32,000 nt of DNA from Sphingobium sp. SCG-1. GTDB taxonomy: Bacteria; Pseudomonadota; Alphaproteobacteria; Sphingomonadales; Sphingomonadaceae. A program made the translations under genes and the position numbers. Under the pieces are notes generated by a model that was not told the origin of the DNA, did no database searches, and saw only the letters and a program-made list of their open reading frames with translations. The stretch lies in contig NZ_CP026372.1 in assembly GCF_002953135.1 (NCBI RefSeq), positions 3,086,669-3,118,668 on the forward strand, read 5' to 3'. Below are positions 16,140 to 25,401 of this stretch, in pieces (positions within the stretch are counted from its first letter, which is position 1; each line of letters begins with the position of its first letter).

Positions 16140-18806
16140 ATGGCTCTGCATTCCCTTCTGCGCTCGCTGTGCATGACAGCCGCGCCGCTCGCCCTTTCCG
16201 TCAGCGCGTCCGCCCAGACTGCTCCCGCCCCCACGCCATCAAGCGGCCCCGCCGCCAATGTGACGACGCAACTGCCTCGCGGAATCGTGCCGACGCACTA
16301 CGCGATCACGGTCACGCCAGACGCCTCCAACCTGAAATTCGCGGGCAAGGTCGCCATCGACGTAACGCTGTCCAGTCCGAGCAATAACATCACGCTCAAC
16401 GCGGCGGACCTCACAATCGGCAACGTCTCCATCGCGGCCGCCGGCGGCAAAGCGATCAACGGCACCGCGGCAATCAATGCCGATGCGCAAACCGCGACGC
16501 TGAAGTTCGCGAAAGCACTAACGCCCGGTCAATATGTGCTGTCGATCGATTATACCGGCATCATCAATACGCAGGCGAACGGCCTGTTCGCCCTCGATTA
16601 CACCGACAACGCGGGCAAGGCGAAGCGCGCCCTGTTCACGCAGTTCGAAGCGCCCGACGCACGCCGCTTCGTACCAAGCTGGGATGAGCCGAGCTACAAG
16701 GCGACCTTCGACCTGACCGCAATCGTGCCCTCCGATCAACTCGCGGTCGGCAATATGCCGGTGAAGGCGCGCAAGGATTTGGGCAAGGGTCTGACGCAGG
16801 TGACGTTCGGCACTTCGCCGAAGATGTCATCCTATCTGCTGTTCTTCGGCCTCGGCGAACTGGACCGCGCCACCAAGATGGCCGGCGCGACCGAGATCGG
16901 CGTGATCACTGGCAAGGGCAACACCGGAAAGGCGCAACTGGCGCTGGATGGCGCGGCCGAGATCCTGCCCTATTATAACGACTATTTCGGCACGCCCTTC
17001 CCACTGCCGAAGCTGGATAACGTGGCTGGGCCGGGGCAGAGCCAGTTCTTCTCTGCGATGGAGAATTGGGGCGCGATCTTCACTTTCGAACGCGCGCTGC
17101 TGGTAGATCCCAAATTCACGTCCGAAGCGACGACACGCCGCATCTACGAAACCGTCGCGCATGAAATGGCGCATCAGTGGTTCGGCGATCTGGTGACGAT
17201 GGCGTGGTGGGACGACCTTTGGCTGAACGAGGGCTTCGCAAGCTGGATGGCGACGAAAGTGACCGACAAGTTGAAGCCGCAATGGGAGATGCTGCTCAAT
17301 CGCGTCGGCAACAAGGAAAGCGCGATGAGCCTCGACGCATTCACCACGACGCATCCCGTCGTGCAGAAGATCACGACGGTGGATCAGGTCAATCAGGCAT
17401 TCGACTCCATCACCTACGAAAAGGGAGAGGCGGTCATCTCTATGCTGGAGGCTTTTGCGGGTGAGGATGTGTGGCGCACGGGCATCCGAGATTACATGAA
17501 GGCTCACGCCTATGGGAACACGCAGACCGACGATCTCTGGCGCGCCGTCGAAGGCGCAGGCGCGAAGGGGCTGGTTGCCATTGCGCACGACTTCACCACG
17601 CAGCCGGGCATTCCGCTGGTGAAGGTAGAGAACGCACAATGCAAAGGCGGCTCAACCACACTCACGCTGAGCCAAAGCGAGTATAGCCGCGACGCCAAGG
17701 GCAAGACGCCGCTCCGCTGGAACGTCCCGGTTGGCGCGCAGACCATTGGTGGCGCGAAGCAAAGCCTGATCCTGAACGGCACCGGCACGATCACTTTGCC
17801 CGGCTGCGGCGCTTACGTCATCAACGCCGGACAATCGGGCTACTACCGCTCGCTTTACCCGGCGACGAATGTGCAGGCGCTGACAAAGGGGTTCACGACG
17901 CTTCCCGCAATCGATCAGCTCGGCTTGATGGCCGACAATTGGGCACTGGCGATCGGCAACTATCAACCTATCAGCCTTCCGCTGGACATGATCGCGGCGG
18001 TGCCGAGCAATGCCAGTCCTGCGGTGCTGTCGGCCGTGCCTGGATATTGGGAGGCCACCTACGAGATGGCCGAGGGCCAGGCCGATTTGCAGGGCAAGCT
18101 ATCAGCCTTCGCGTCGGCACGCCTGACGCCAGTCCTGACCAGCATCGGCTACGATGCGAAGGCTGGCGAGAACGCCCAGATCCCGTTGCTCCGCCAGAAC
18201 CTTGTGGAAACGCTTGGTGCCGTCGGCGACAAGGCCGTGGTCGCGGAGGCCAACCGGCGCTTTGCCGCGCTGGCGACTAACCCCGATGCGCTGAACGGAC
18301 CCCTGAAGAATGTATGGCTGCGGATCATCGCCGCCAACGCGGATCAGGCGACTTGGGACCAGCTGCGCAAGATGGCCAACAGCGCGCCGACCGATCTGGA
18401 GAAGAGCCAACTCTTCGCGCAATTAGGTTATGCCAAAGACCCGAAGCTGGGGCAGCAAGCCCTGGACTTGGCACTGACCGATGAGCCGGGCAAAACAACG
18501 AGCGCGGCGATCATCGCTGCGGTCGGCACCGCTCACGACATGTTAGCAGTCGATTATGTGTTGGCGCATCGCGAGCAGTACAACGCGCTTATTGACGTGT
18601 CGGCACGATCGCAGGCCCTTGCCCGGTTGGGTGGCGGTTCCGCCGATCCGGCGATGGCGGCCAAGCTGGACGCGTTCGCAACGCAATATCTGACGCCAGA
18701 ATCGCGCAAGGTCGTGGATCGCGCAATTGCCGCAATCAAGGCGCGGAGCGAAACGCGTGCCCGCGTTGCGCCAGAACTGGCGACATGGTTGGCAAAGCGG
18801 AAGTGA
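16140..18806 (+). CDS. pepN: M1-family aminopeptidase N, exported
   Basis: ORF 16065..18806 trimmed to the ATG at 16140 (MALHSLLRSLCMTAAPLALSVSASAQ, a signal peptide; GAGGA upstream). GAMEN motif SAMENWG. Zinc site VAHEMAHQWFGDLVTMAWWDDLWLNEGFASW (HExxH-18-E). Confidence 0.92.
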   Translation: MALHSLLRSLCMTAAPLALSVSASAQTAPAPTPSSGPAANVTTQLPRGIVPTHYAITVTPDASNLKFAGKVAIDVTLSSPSNNITLNAADLTIGNVSIAAAGGKAINGTAAINADAQTATLKFAKALTPGQYVLSIDYTGIINTQANGLFALDYTDNAGKAKRALFTQFEAPDARRFVPSWDEPSYKATFDLTAIVPSDQLAVGNMPVKARKDLGKGLTQVTFGTSPKMSSYLLFFGLGELDRATKMAGATEIGVITGKGNTGKAQLALDGAAEILPYYNDYFGTPFPLPKLDNVAGPGQSQFFSAMENWGAIFTFERALLVDPKFTSEATTRRIYETVAHEMAHQWFGDLVTMAWWDDLWLNEGFASWMATKVTDKLKPQWEMLLNRVGNKESAMSLDAFTTTHPVVQKITTVDQVNQAFDSITYEKGEAVISMLEAFAGEDVWRTGIRDYMKAHAYGNTQTDDLWRAVEGAGAKGLVAIAHDFTTQPGIPLVKVENAQCKGGSTTLTLSQSEYSRDAKGKTPLRWNVPVGAQTIGGAKQSLILNGTGTITLPGCGAYVINAGQSGYYRSLYPATNVQALTKGFTTLPAIDQLGLMADNWALAIGNYQPISLPLDMIAAVPSNASPAVLSAVPGYWEATYEMAEGQADLQGKLSAFASARLTPVLTSIGYDAKAGENAQIPLLRQNLVETLGAVGDKAVVAEANRRFAALATNPDALNGPLKNVWLRIIAANADQATWDQLRKMANSAPTDLEKSQLFAQLGYAKDPKLGQQALDLALTDEPGKTTSAAIIAAVGTAHDMLAVDYVLAHREQYNALIDVSARSQALARLGGGSADPAMAAKLDAFATQYLTPESRKVVDRAIAAIKARSETRARVAPELATWLAKRK

Positions 18807-18835
18807 TGCGCACAACTTTGTGATGCCGGAAAGGA

Positions 18836-18866
18836 GTGCGGTGGCAGCGCTGCCGCACCCTTTTCC
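18836..18866 (+). terminator. candidate terminator after pepN
   Basis: gtgcgg(tgg)ca gcgc tg ccgcac followed by ccctttt. This is a 6+2 bp GC-rich stem with a 3-nt bulge and only a 4-T run, 30 nt after the stop. Confidence 0.35.
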
Positions 18867-19012
18867 CCGCCTCTCAGAGGTGGCCAAAATGCCGGGGCGA
18901 CTTTTGCAGGCATTGCTGCTATGGTCCTCAAGTCGCGCGCCAATGTTCAACGGGAATGCCGCGGTGGGAGAATGCAAAGTATCTCCGCCTGCCTGCCACG
19001 AAGGACATACTC

Positions 19013-19234
19013 ATGAGCCGCGCCATCAACCTTTCCGCCGATACCGACACCGTCACGACCTTATGCGGCAAACACGACATCCGCATTTCGAGCATCGAGC
19101 CGCTGGAGTCGGGCGGCACGCGCGTAGTCTTGTTGACGGCGGATGGCGCTGACGATGTGCGTCGCCGGATGAAGAACCAGGTTCTCGAAGGCCCGGTAGT
19201 GCGCTCGGGACTCTACATGGCGCGGCGTCGCTGA
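19013..19234 (+). CDS. small hypothetical protein (73 aa)
   Basis: The internal ATG at 19013 of ORF 18836..19234 is preceded by AAGGA. MSRAINLSADTDTVTTLCGKHDIRISSIEPLESGGTRVVLLTADGADDVRRRMKNQVLEGPVVRSGLYMARRR. The upstream part of the ORF is Cys/Arg/Trp-rich junk. Confidence 0.5.
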   Translation: MSRAINLSADTDTVTTLCGKHDIRISSIEPLESGGTRVVLLTADGADDVRRRMKNQVLEGPVVRSGLYMARRR

Positions 19235-19594
19235 CTGCCACGTCCGTCACCTGCGTCAGGCGGCTGACCGAATAAAGGCGACACGTGCGACGAACCGTGC
19301 TATTCGTCTTTCATCGTATGGAAACTGCCCGCAAGCCTTCATACGGCCGAGAGACCCGAACGCGCTCCCGCTTGCCCGTCAAGAGGAGCGTCTTCCTGGA
19401 AGACCTCAAGCGCTTTTCTCACTTTTTCGATTTTGCCGTTGGCGCGCCGAGATTGTCGCGCGGTTGATGGCCAACTCTTTCGACGCGTCGGCCGGAGCCG
19501 GACGACGCGCTGTCATATTCGACTTTCCGGCACCATATCGACCCGCGCCATCGCATTGGCAAAGCGCGGGTATGACTACCCAAAGGAACTACCT

Positions 19595-19801
19595 ATGCCT
19601 ATCGGCACCGTAAAATTCTTCAACGCAGACAAGGGCTATGGCTTCATTGCTCCCGAAGACGGCGGCAATGACGCTTTCGTGCACATCACTGCGGTTGAAG
19701 CAGCCGGCATGCACACGCTGACCCAGAACCAGCGCGTGTCCTATGAACTGGAGCCCGACAAGCGCGGCAAGACCGCAGCGGTCAATCTCCAGGCAGCCTA
19801 A
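19595..19801 (+). CDS. cold-shock protein, CspA family
   Basis: 68 aa: MPIGTVKFFNADKGYGFIAPEDGGNDAFVHITAVEAAGMHTLTQNQRVSYELEPDKRGKTAAVNLQAA. RNP1 (KGYGFI) and RNP2 (DAFVH) are present. AAGGA lies upstream of the ATG at 19595. Confidence 0.95.
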   Translation: MPIGTVKFFNADKGYGFIAPEDGGNDAFVHITAVEAAGMHTLTQNQRVSYELEPDKRGKTAAVNLQAA

Positions 19802-19815
19802 AAGCTGACGGATAC

Positions 19816-19860
19816 GGCGGCGGGATGTGTGGCAGAGATGCCCCGCCCGCCGCCGCTTCC
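19816..19860 (+). terminator. candidate terminator after csp
   Basis: ggcggcggg (19816-19824) pairs with cccgccgcc (19846-19854), with an inner ggca/tgcc stem. The trailing U-tract is weak (gcttcc). Confidence 0.3.
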
Positions 19861-19926
19861 ATGGTGGCGCGGATCGTCGCCCTATTTCCCTCTTTGGCCC
19901 CAATCTCCAGATAGAGGACATTCATC

Positions 19927-20124
19927 ATGAGCCATTCCGACTTCTGCCGCCAGCAAGCCGCCAAGGCGCAGGCTGATGCAGATGCCACCCAATTGCACAA
20001 TGTGCGCGACCGCTGTCTCCGCTCGATGGCTGCTTGGACCGACATGGCGGACCGCGCCGAACGCGTGGCTGCTGAACGTGAGGTTCGCGAAGCAGCGTCT
20101 GCGGCAGCACGTATATTATCGTAG
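19927..20124 (+). CDS. small helical hypothetical protein (65 aa)
   Basis: MSHSDFCRQQAAKAQADADATQLHNVRDRCLRSMAAWTDMADRAERVAAEREVREAASAAARILS. ATG verified. It resembles small conserved alphaproteobacterial proteins (..NVRDRC...AW..MA.RAER..). Confidence 0.5.
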   Translation: MSHSDFCRQQAAKAQADADATQLHNVRDRCLRSMAAWTDMADRAERVAAEREVREAASAAARILS

Positions 20125-20291
20125 AGTCGGCGAAACGTAACTCCTGTACGGTAAGCCGTTAAGACTCCTTCGTTCTGACGTGATATACCTATGTGGTTCC
20201 GTAAAAACATACGGATAAAAAGAGCGCTATAAAATGCGTCGCCGTTCCCACGCTGGAATATCGGTTCCATAGGAGAGGGAGTGATATCGTC

Positions 20292-20453
20292 ATGGACGTG
20301 AATTATCTTTTACACAGACAACAGGTCTCGCTCGTTCAGGCGGAACGGGCGAAATCGCCGGAGGGTCGGGCCGCTCACCTCGGACTGGCTCGGGCCTATC
20401 GTGAACGCGTAGAGGCCTATCGAATAGGTAACCGCGAGGCCGCCATTCATTAG
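20292..20453 (+). CDS. small hypothetical protein (53 aa), below the ORF-track size cut-off
   Basis: Own translation: MDVNYLLHRQQVSLVQAERAKSPEGRAAHLGLARAYRERVEAYRIGNREAAIH*. The ATG at 20292 is preceded by GGAGAGGGAG. The N-terminal (M)DxNYLxHRQQVSL pattern is one I recall from small alphaproteobacterial proteins. Confidence 0.5.
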   Translation: MDVNYLLHRQQVSLVQAERAKSPEGRAAHLGLARAYRERVEAYRIGNREAAIH

Positions 20454-20520
20454 GCCACACAATTCAGACGGGCGCCGCTGTAAAACTGTCATTCATGTTG
20501 ATGATGCCATCTTCATTGGC

Positions 20521-20847
20521 ATGATGTCTCGTCCCCTACCCCTCCGCGTTCTCATCCTTACATCACTTACGGTGATAGCAGCGTGCACAACGCCGCAGAA
20601 CCGCGTGGAAGCTGGTCTAATCAAGGCTGGCCTTTCACCGCGAATGGCAGGTTGTATGGCGCCCCGCATGACAGATCGGCTGAGCATTGGACAACTCCGC
20701 AAGCTGCAATCGCTTTCTCATGTGGCGCGTCGAGGACCGGGCAAGATGAGGGTAGATGAATTGTTGGATGATGTTCGCGCCCTGGACGACCCTGAGATCG
20801 TTGGCGTTACGAGCAAAGCTGCGTTGGTGTGTGCGCTCGACATCTAA
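20521..20847 (+). CDS. putative lipoprotein (108 aa)
   Basis: MMSRPLPLRVLILTSLTVIAAC... is a signal peptide with lipobox I-A-A-C. Confidence 0.6.
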   Translation: MMSRPLPLRVLILTSLTVIAACTTPQNRVEAGLIKAGLSPRMAGCMAPRMTDRLSIGQLRKLQSLSHVARRGPGKMRVDELLDDVRALDDPEIVGVTSKAALVCALDI

Positions 20848-20852
20848 GCAGC

Positions 20853-20887
20853 GACTTTGCAACTTTGCAAAGTGCTCTTGCAAAGTG
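20853..20887. promoter_or_regulatory. nested TTGCAA-centred repeats, including the perfect 12-bp palindrome ACTTTGCAAAGT; candidate operator upstream of sucC
   Basis: gACTTTGCAA CTTTGCAAAGTG CTCTTGCAAAGTG. CTTTGCAA occurs at 20855-20862 and 20863-20870. TTGCAAAGTG occurs at 20865-20874 and 20878-20887. The palindrome is at 20862-20873. The array starts 6 nt after the lipoprotein stop and lies about 80-110 nt upstream of the sucC ATG. Confidence 0.3.
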
Positions 20888-20964
20888 ATGCTTTCCTTAC
20901 TGTCCGGGCTGTGGTTTAGGGCTACCAAGCTTTAATTCTCACTTCGGACAGAGGCGGCTTTTCT

Positions 20965-22164
20965 ATGAACATCCATGAGTATCAGGCCAAAGAACTGCTG
21001 GCAAAATTCGGCGCTCCGGTCCCCGCAGGCTATGCGGCGCTGACCGTCGAAGAAGCCGTTGAAGCGGCGGGCAAGCTCCCCGGACCGCTTTATGTTGTAA
21101 AGGCGCAGATCCATGCGGGTGGTCGCGGCAAGGGCAAGTTCAAGGAACTCGGCCCCGACGCAAAGGGCGGCGTACGTCTCGCCAAGACGCTGGATGATGT
21201 GAAGGCCGCAGCGACCGACATGCTGGGCAACACGCTCGTGACGATTCAGACCGGTCCCGCAGGCAAGCAAGTCAACCGCCTGTACATCACTGATGGCGCG
21301 GATATCGCGAAGGAATATTACCTTGCGCTGCTGGTCGATCGTGCAACTGGCCGAGTGGCGTTCGTTGTGTCGACCGAAGGTGGAATGGACATCGAAGAAG
21401 TCGCGCATTCGACGCCCGAAAAAATCCACAGCTTCGCCGTCGATCCTGCATCCGGTTTTCAGCCCCATCATGGCCGCAGCGTCGCGAAGGCGCTGAACCT
21501 GACGGGCGATCTTGCCAAGCAGGCGGCCAAGGTAGCGGAATCATTATATGCGGCATTCCTCGGCACCGATGCCGAGCAGATCGAAATCAATCCGCTGGCG
21601 CAAACCGCTGATGACAAGCTGCTGGTGCTCGATGCCAAGGTCGGCTTCGACGGCAACGCACTGTTCCGCCACAAGGACTTGATGGAACTGCGCGACGAAA
21701 CCGAGGAAGATCCCGCCGAACTCGAAGCGTCGAAGTACGACCTTGCCTACATCAAGCTGGATGGTGACATCGGCTGCATGGTGAACGGCGCAGGCCTCGC
21801 CATGGCGACGATGGATATCATCAAGCTGAACGGCATGTTCCCCGCGAACTTCCTCGACGTCGGCGGCGGCGCTTCGAAGGAGAAGGTGACGGCGGCGTTC
21901 AAGATCATCCTGTCCGATCCGGCTGTGAAGGGCATTCTCGTCAACATCTTCGGTGGCATCATGCGCTGTGACATCATCGCGGATGGCATTGTGGCGGCGG
22001 CGAAGGAAGTGAACCTGTCCGTGCCGCTCGTCGTGCGCCTGGAGGGCACGAACGTGCAGCAGGGTAAGGACATTCTGGCCGCATCCGGACTCGCCATCGT
22101 ATCCGCGGATGATCTGGGCGATGCAGCAAAGAAGATCGTGGCGCAGGTTAAGCAGGCCGCCTGA
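20965..22164 (+). CDS. sucC: succinate--CoA ligase (ADP-forming) beta subunit
   Basis: 399 aa: [35 protein letters not shown]...[17 protein letters not shown]...GGVRLAKT.... Canonical SucC over the full length. Confidence 0.97.
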   Translation: MNIHEYQAKELLAKFGAPVPAGYAALTVEEAVEAAGKLPGPLYVVKAQIHAGGRGKGKFKELGPDAKGGVRLAKTLDDVKAAATDMLGNTLVTIQTGPAGKQVNRLYITDGADIAKEYYLALLVDRATGRVAFVVSTEGGMDIEEVAHSTPEKIHSFAVDPASGFQPHHGRSVAKALNLTGDLAKQAAKVAESLYAAFLGTDAEQIEINPLAQTADDKLLVLDAKVGFDGNALFRHKDLMELRDETEEDPAELEASKYDLAYIKLDGDIGCMVNGAGLAMATMDIIKLNGMFPANFLDVGGGASKEKVTAAFKIILSDPAVKGILVNIFGGIMRCDIIADGIVAAAKEVNLSVPLVVRLEGTNVQQGKDILAASGLAIVSADDLGDAAKKIVAQVKQAA

Positions 22165-22178
22165 GACATTGACGTTAC

Positions 22179-22222
22179 GGCGAGGCGATGAATCAATTCG
22201 CCTTGCCGTACTCTCTTGCTTT
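22179..22222 (+). terminator. candidate terminator after sucC
   Basis: ggcgaggcga (22179-22188) pairs with ttcgccttgcc (22197-22207). This is a 10-bp stem with one G-U and a 9-nt loop, followed by the pyrimidine/T-rich gtactctcttgctttg. Confidence 0.4.
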
Positions 22223-22289
22223 GATGAGGCAAAAAGACCATCTGCACGCCATAACTCCCCAGGCAGAGGCATAGCTGGAGGCTCGATCG

Positions 22290-23039
22290 ATGAAGATATT
22301 GGTGCCCGTGAAGCGGGTAATTGATTATAATGTGAAGCCGCGTGTGAAGGCGGATGGGACGGGTGTCGATTTGGCGAACGTCAAGATGTCGATGAACCCG
22401 TTCGACGAGATCGCTGTGGAAGAAGCAATCCGCCTGCGGGAAAAAGGCGCGGCAACTGAGATCGTCGCGATTTCCATCGGCGTTGCCAAGGCCCAGGAAA
22501 CCTTGCGGACCGCGCTTGCCATGGGCGCGGACCGTGCAATCCTGATCCAAACCGACGATGAAGTAGAGCCGCTGGGCGTTGCCAAGCTGCTCGCCAAAGT
22601 TGTCGAGGAAGAACAGCCTGGCCTTATCATCCTGGGCAAGCAGGCAATCGACGACGACAGCAATCAGACCGGGCAGATGCTGGCTGCACTCCTCGGCCGT
22701 CCGCAGGGCACCTTTGCCTCCAAGGTCGGGGTCGAAGGCGATAGCGTCAGCGTGACGCGCGAAGTCGATGGTGGTCTGGAGACGGTGAAGTTGTCACTTC
22801 CCGCGATTGTCACGACCGACCTGCGCCTCAACGAGCCGCGCTATGCCTCGCTACCCAACATCATGAAGGCGAAATCCAAGCCGCTCGCGCAGAAGACGCC
22901 TGCGGACTATGGCGTGGACATAACGCCGCGCCTTGAAACGTTGAAAGTCGTCGAGCCGCCCAAGCGCTCGGCCGGGATCAAGGTTGCCGATGTCGATGAA
23001 CTGGTGGCTAAACTCAAGGCGATGGGAGTGGCGGCATGA
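22290..23039 (+). CDS. etfB: electron transfer flavoprotein beta subunit
   Basis: 249 aa: [51 protein letters not shown].... GGAGG lies upstream. There is a 4-nt overlap with etfA. Confidence 0.95.
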   Translation: MKILVPVKRVIDYNVKPRVKADGTGVDLANVKMSMNPFDEIAVEEAIRLREKGAATEIVAISIGVAKAQETLRTALAMGADRAILIQTDDEVEPLGVAKLLAKVVEEEQPGLIILGKQAIDDDSNQTGQMLAALLGRPQGTFASKVGVEGDSVSVTREVDGGLETVKLSLPAIVTTDLRLNEPRYASLPNIMKAKSKPLAQKTPADYGVDITPRLETLKVVEPPKRSAGIKVADVDELVAKLKAMGVAA

Positions 23040-23965
23040 AGACGCTCGTTTGGGTTGAACATGAAGCTGGCGCGCTGAAGGATGCGACGCTTGCGGTTGT
23101 CACTGCCGCATCCAAGCTGGGCGAAGTCCATCTGCTCGTCGCGGGCAAGGATGTTGGTGGCGTTGCCGAACAGGCTGCGAAGATCGCTGGTGTGGGCAAG
23201 GTCCATGTCGCCGATGATGCGAGCCTTGAGCATGGCTTGGCGGAGAACGTCGCCCCGTTGATCGTGGAGTTGATGGGCCATCATGACGCGTTCCTTGCGC
23301 CCGCCACCAGCCACGGCAAGAACATCGCGCCGCGCGTAGCTGCGCTGCTCGATGTGATGCAGATCAGCGACATTTTGTCGGTCGAGAGCGAGGATACGTT
23401 CACGCGTCCAACCTATGCCGGCAATGCCATCGCAACGGTGAAGTCAAAGGACGCGAAGAAGATCATCACCGTTCGCGGGACGGCCTTTGAGAAAGCTGCG
23501 ATCGAAGGCGGTAGCGGCACGATCGAGACCGTCGGCGGCGCAGCCGATGCGGGCACCTCGACATTCGTGGGTGCAGAGATCGCGAAGCTGGAACGCCCGG
23601 AACTGACCTCGGCCAAGATCATCGTGTCCGGTGGCCGTGCGCTGAAGGATGGTCCCACGTTTGAGAGCACCATCTACCCACTGGCGGACAAGCTGGGTGC
23701 GGCCGTTGGCGCCTCGCGTGCTGCGGTAGACGCGGGCTACGTTCCCAACGACTATCAGGTCGGCCAAACCGGCAAGATCGTTGCTCCCGAAGTCTATGTC
23801 GCCGTCGGCATTTCCGGCGCAATCCAGCACCTTGCGGGGATGAAGGACAGCAAGACCATCATCGCAATCAACAAGGACGAAGATGCGCCGATTTTCCAGG
23901 TCGCGGACATTGGTCTGGTTGGTGATCTCTTCAAGATCGTACCGGAATTGACTGAGAAGCTGTAA
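23036..23965 (+). CDS. etfA: electron transfer flavoprotein alpha subunit
   Basis: 309 aa with the C-terminal FAD-binding pattern ...IIVSGGRAL...[76 protein letters not shown]. Confidence 0.95.
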   Translation: MKTLVWVEHEAGALKDATLAVVTAASKLGEVHLLVAGKDVGGVAEQAAKIAGVGKVHVADDASLEHGLAENVAPLIVELMGHHDAFLAPATSHGKNIAPRVAALLDVMQISDILSVESEDTFTRPTYAGNAIATVKSKDAKKIITVRGTAFEKAAIEGGSGTIETVGGAADAGTSTFVGAEIAKLERPELTSAKIIVSGGRALKDGPTFESTIYPLADKLGAAVGASRAAVDAGYVPNDYQVGQTGKIVAPEVYVAVGISGAIQHLAGMKDSKTIIAINKDEDAPIFQVADIGLVGDLFKIVPELTEKL

Positions 23966-23986
23966 CGCTCTCGTAAGTTTCCAGAG

Positions 23987-24017
23987 AAAAGCCCCGGCAG
24001 CGATGCCGGGGCTTTTT
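23987..24017. terminator. bidirectional rho-independent terminator between etfA (+) and nhaA (-)
   Basis: aaaa GCCCCGGCA gcga TGCCGGGGC ttttt. This is a perfect 9-bp GC stem with a 4-nt loop, an A-run on one side and a T-run on the other. Confidence 0.8.
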
Positions 24018-24031
24018 GCTATATGCCCATT

Positions 24032-25297
24032 TCAGCAGCGGGCGACATCGCCATCGGTTTCGATTTCGCTATCCTGCTCTGCCTCCTCTCGGGCATGATC
24101 GGGATGTAGCGGCGCAAAGCGTAACACGGCGAATCCGGTCAAAGCCGATAATATAGATCCCATCAGGATGCCGATTTTCGCCTCCTCGACTTGCAGAGGC
24201 GCGTCCGGAAAAGCGAGGCTGCCGATGAACAGGCTCATCGTGAAACCGATGCCGCAAAGCAGCGCGACGCCGTAAATCTGTAGCCAAGTCGCCCCACGCG
24301 GCTTGGTGCCAAAGCCCAATTTCACGGCGAACATTACACTGAAGTAGATGCCTGTTTGCTTGCCCAGAAACAGCCCCGCCGCAATGCCCAGCGGTAAAGG
24401 CGCGAAGATCTGGGAAATGCCGATGTCCGTAAGCGAGACTCCCGCATTCACAAACCCGAACAAAGGTACGACGACATAGGCGCTCAATGGGTGCAGCGCA
24501 TGTTCCAGACGGTGAAGTGGACTGTCAATCGCGTCTGGCGCACCCGGCGTGGCGCGGATCGGGATCATGAATGCGGCCAGCACCCCAGCGATCGTTGCAT
24601 GTACGCCGGACAAGAGCACCGCATACCAGAGCGCGGCGAAGCATAGCAGGTAGATCGGCAATGCCTTAACACCCGTCCGGTTCAGTATAAACATTACGGC
24701 CAATACGGCTGCGGCCGCTATCAAGGCGATCACGTTGATGCCCTGCGTGTACGCAATCGCGATGATGGCAACCGCGCCCATATCGTCGACGATTGCCACC
24801 GTCATCAGAAACAGTTTGAGTGACGTCGGTGCGCGGCTCCCCAAAAGCGCGAGCACACCGATAGCAAAAGCTATGTCGGTGGCAGCAGGAATGGCCCAGC
24901 CATTGAACAGATCCGCATTCCCTTCAGCAGCCACCAGGTAAATGATTGCAGGTACGGCCATTCCCGCCGCCGCCGCAATCATCGGCAGACTTCGCGCGCT
25001 CCAGGTGGCAAGGCGTCCATCAAGGAACTCACGCTTAATCTCCAATCCCACCAGAAGGAAGAACAGCGCCATTAACCCGTCATTGACCCACAAATGTGTA
25101 GTCATCGGCCCAAGCTTCGAAGACAGCGTGGGACCGATCTCGGCGTGAATGAAATGCTGATACAGATGCGCCGCTGATTCGGATGCATTGGCAGCAATCA
25201 TCGCCATTGCCGCAGCCAGAATCAAAAGCACACCGCCGCCCGCCTCACTGGTCAAAAAGGCCCGGAGAGCCGACTTGTGGCTAAGGCTTTGCTCCAT
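24032..25297 (-). CDS. nhaA: Na+/H+ antiporter NhaA
   Basis: 421 aa, polytopic: ...LLVGLEIKREFLDGRL...AIPAATDIAFAIGVL...LFLMTVAIVDDMGAVAIIA.... The NhaA DD motif is present. Confidence 0.95.
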   Translation of the reverse strand: MEQSLSHKSALRAFLTSEAGGGVLLILAAAMAMIAANASESAAHLYQHFIHAEIGPTLSSKLGPMTTHLWVNDGLMALFFLLVGLEIKREFLDGRLATWSARSLPMIAAAAGMAVPAIIYLVAAEGNADLFNGWAIPAATDIAFAIGVLALLGSRAPTSLKLFLMTVAIVDDMGAVAIIAIAYTQGINVIALIAAAAVLAVMFILNRTGVKALPIYLLCFAALWYAVLLSGVHATIAGVLAAFMIPIRATPGAPDAIDSPLHRLEHALHPLSAYVVVPLFGFVNAGVSLTDIGISQIFAPLPLGIAAGLFLGKQTGIYFSVMFAVKLGFGTKPRGATWLQIYGVALLCGIGFTMSLFIGSLAFPDAPLQVEEAKIGILMGSILSALTGFAVLRFAPLHPDHAREEAEQDSEIETDGDVARC

Positions 25298-25401
25298 ATT
25301 GGATTTTCCTTTTGAGGACAGGGTGACCGGACGCGTACAGGCAAGTGCAGGGGCCGGTCAAATTCGCGTGAGCCTGAATATCGCTTGCAATTGCATCCAT
25401 T

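Noticed and set aside
19285-19467. 60-aa ORF in the csp leader
   Set aside because: It has a GTG start, no SD and an Arg/Phe-rich implausible sequence. The region is better explained as a 5'-UTR or promoter.
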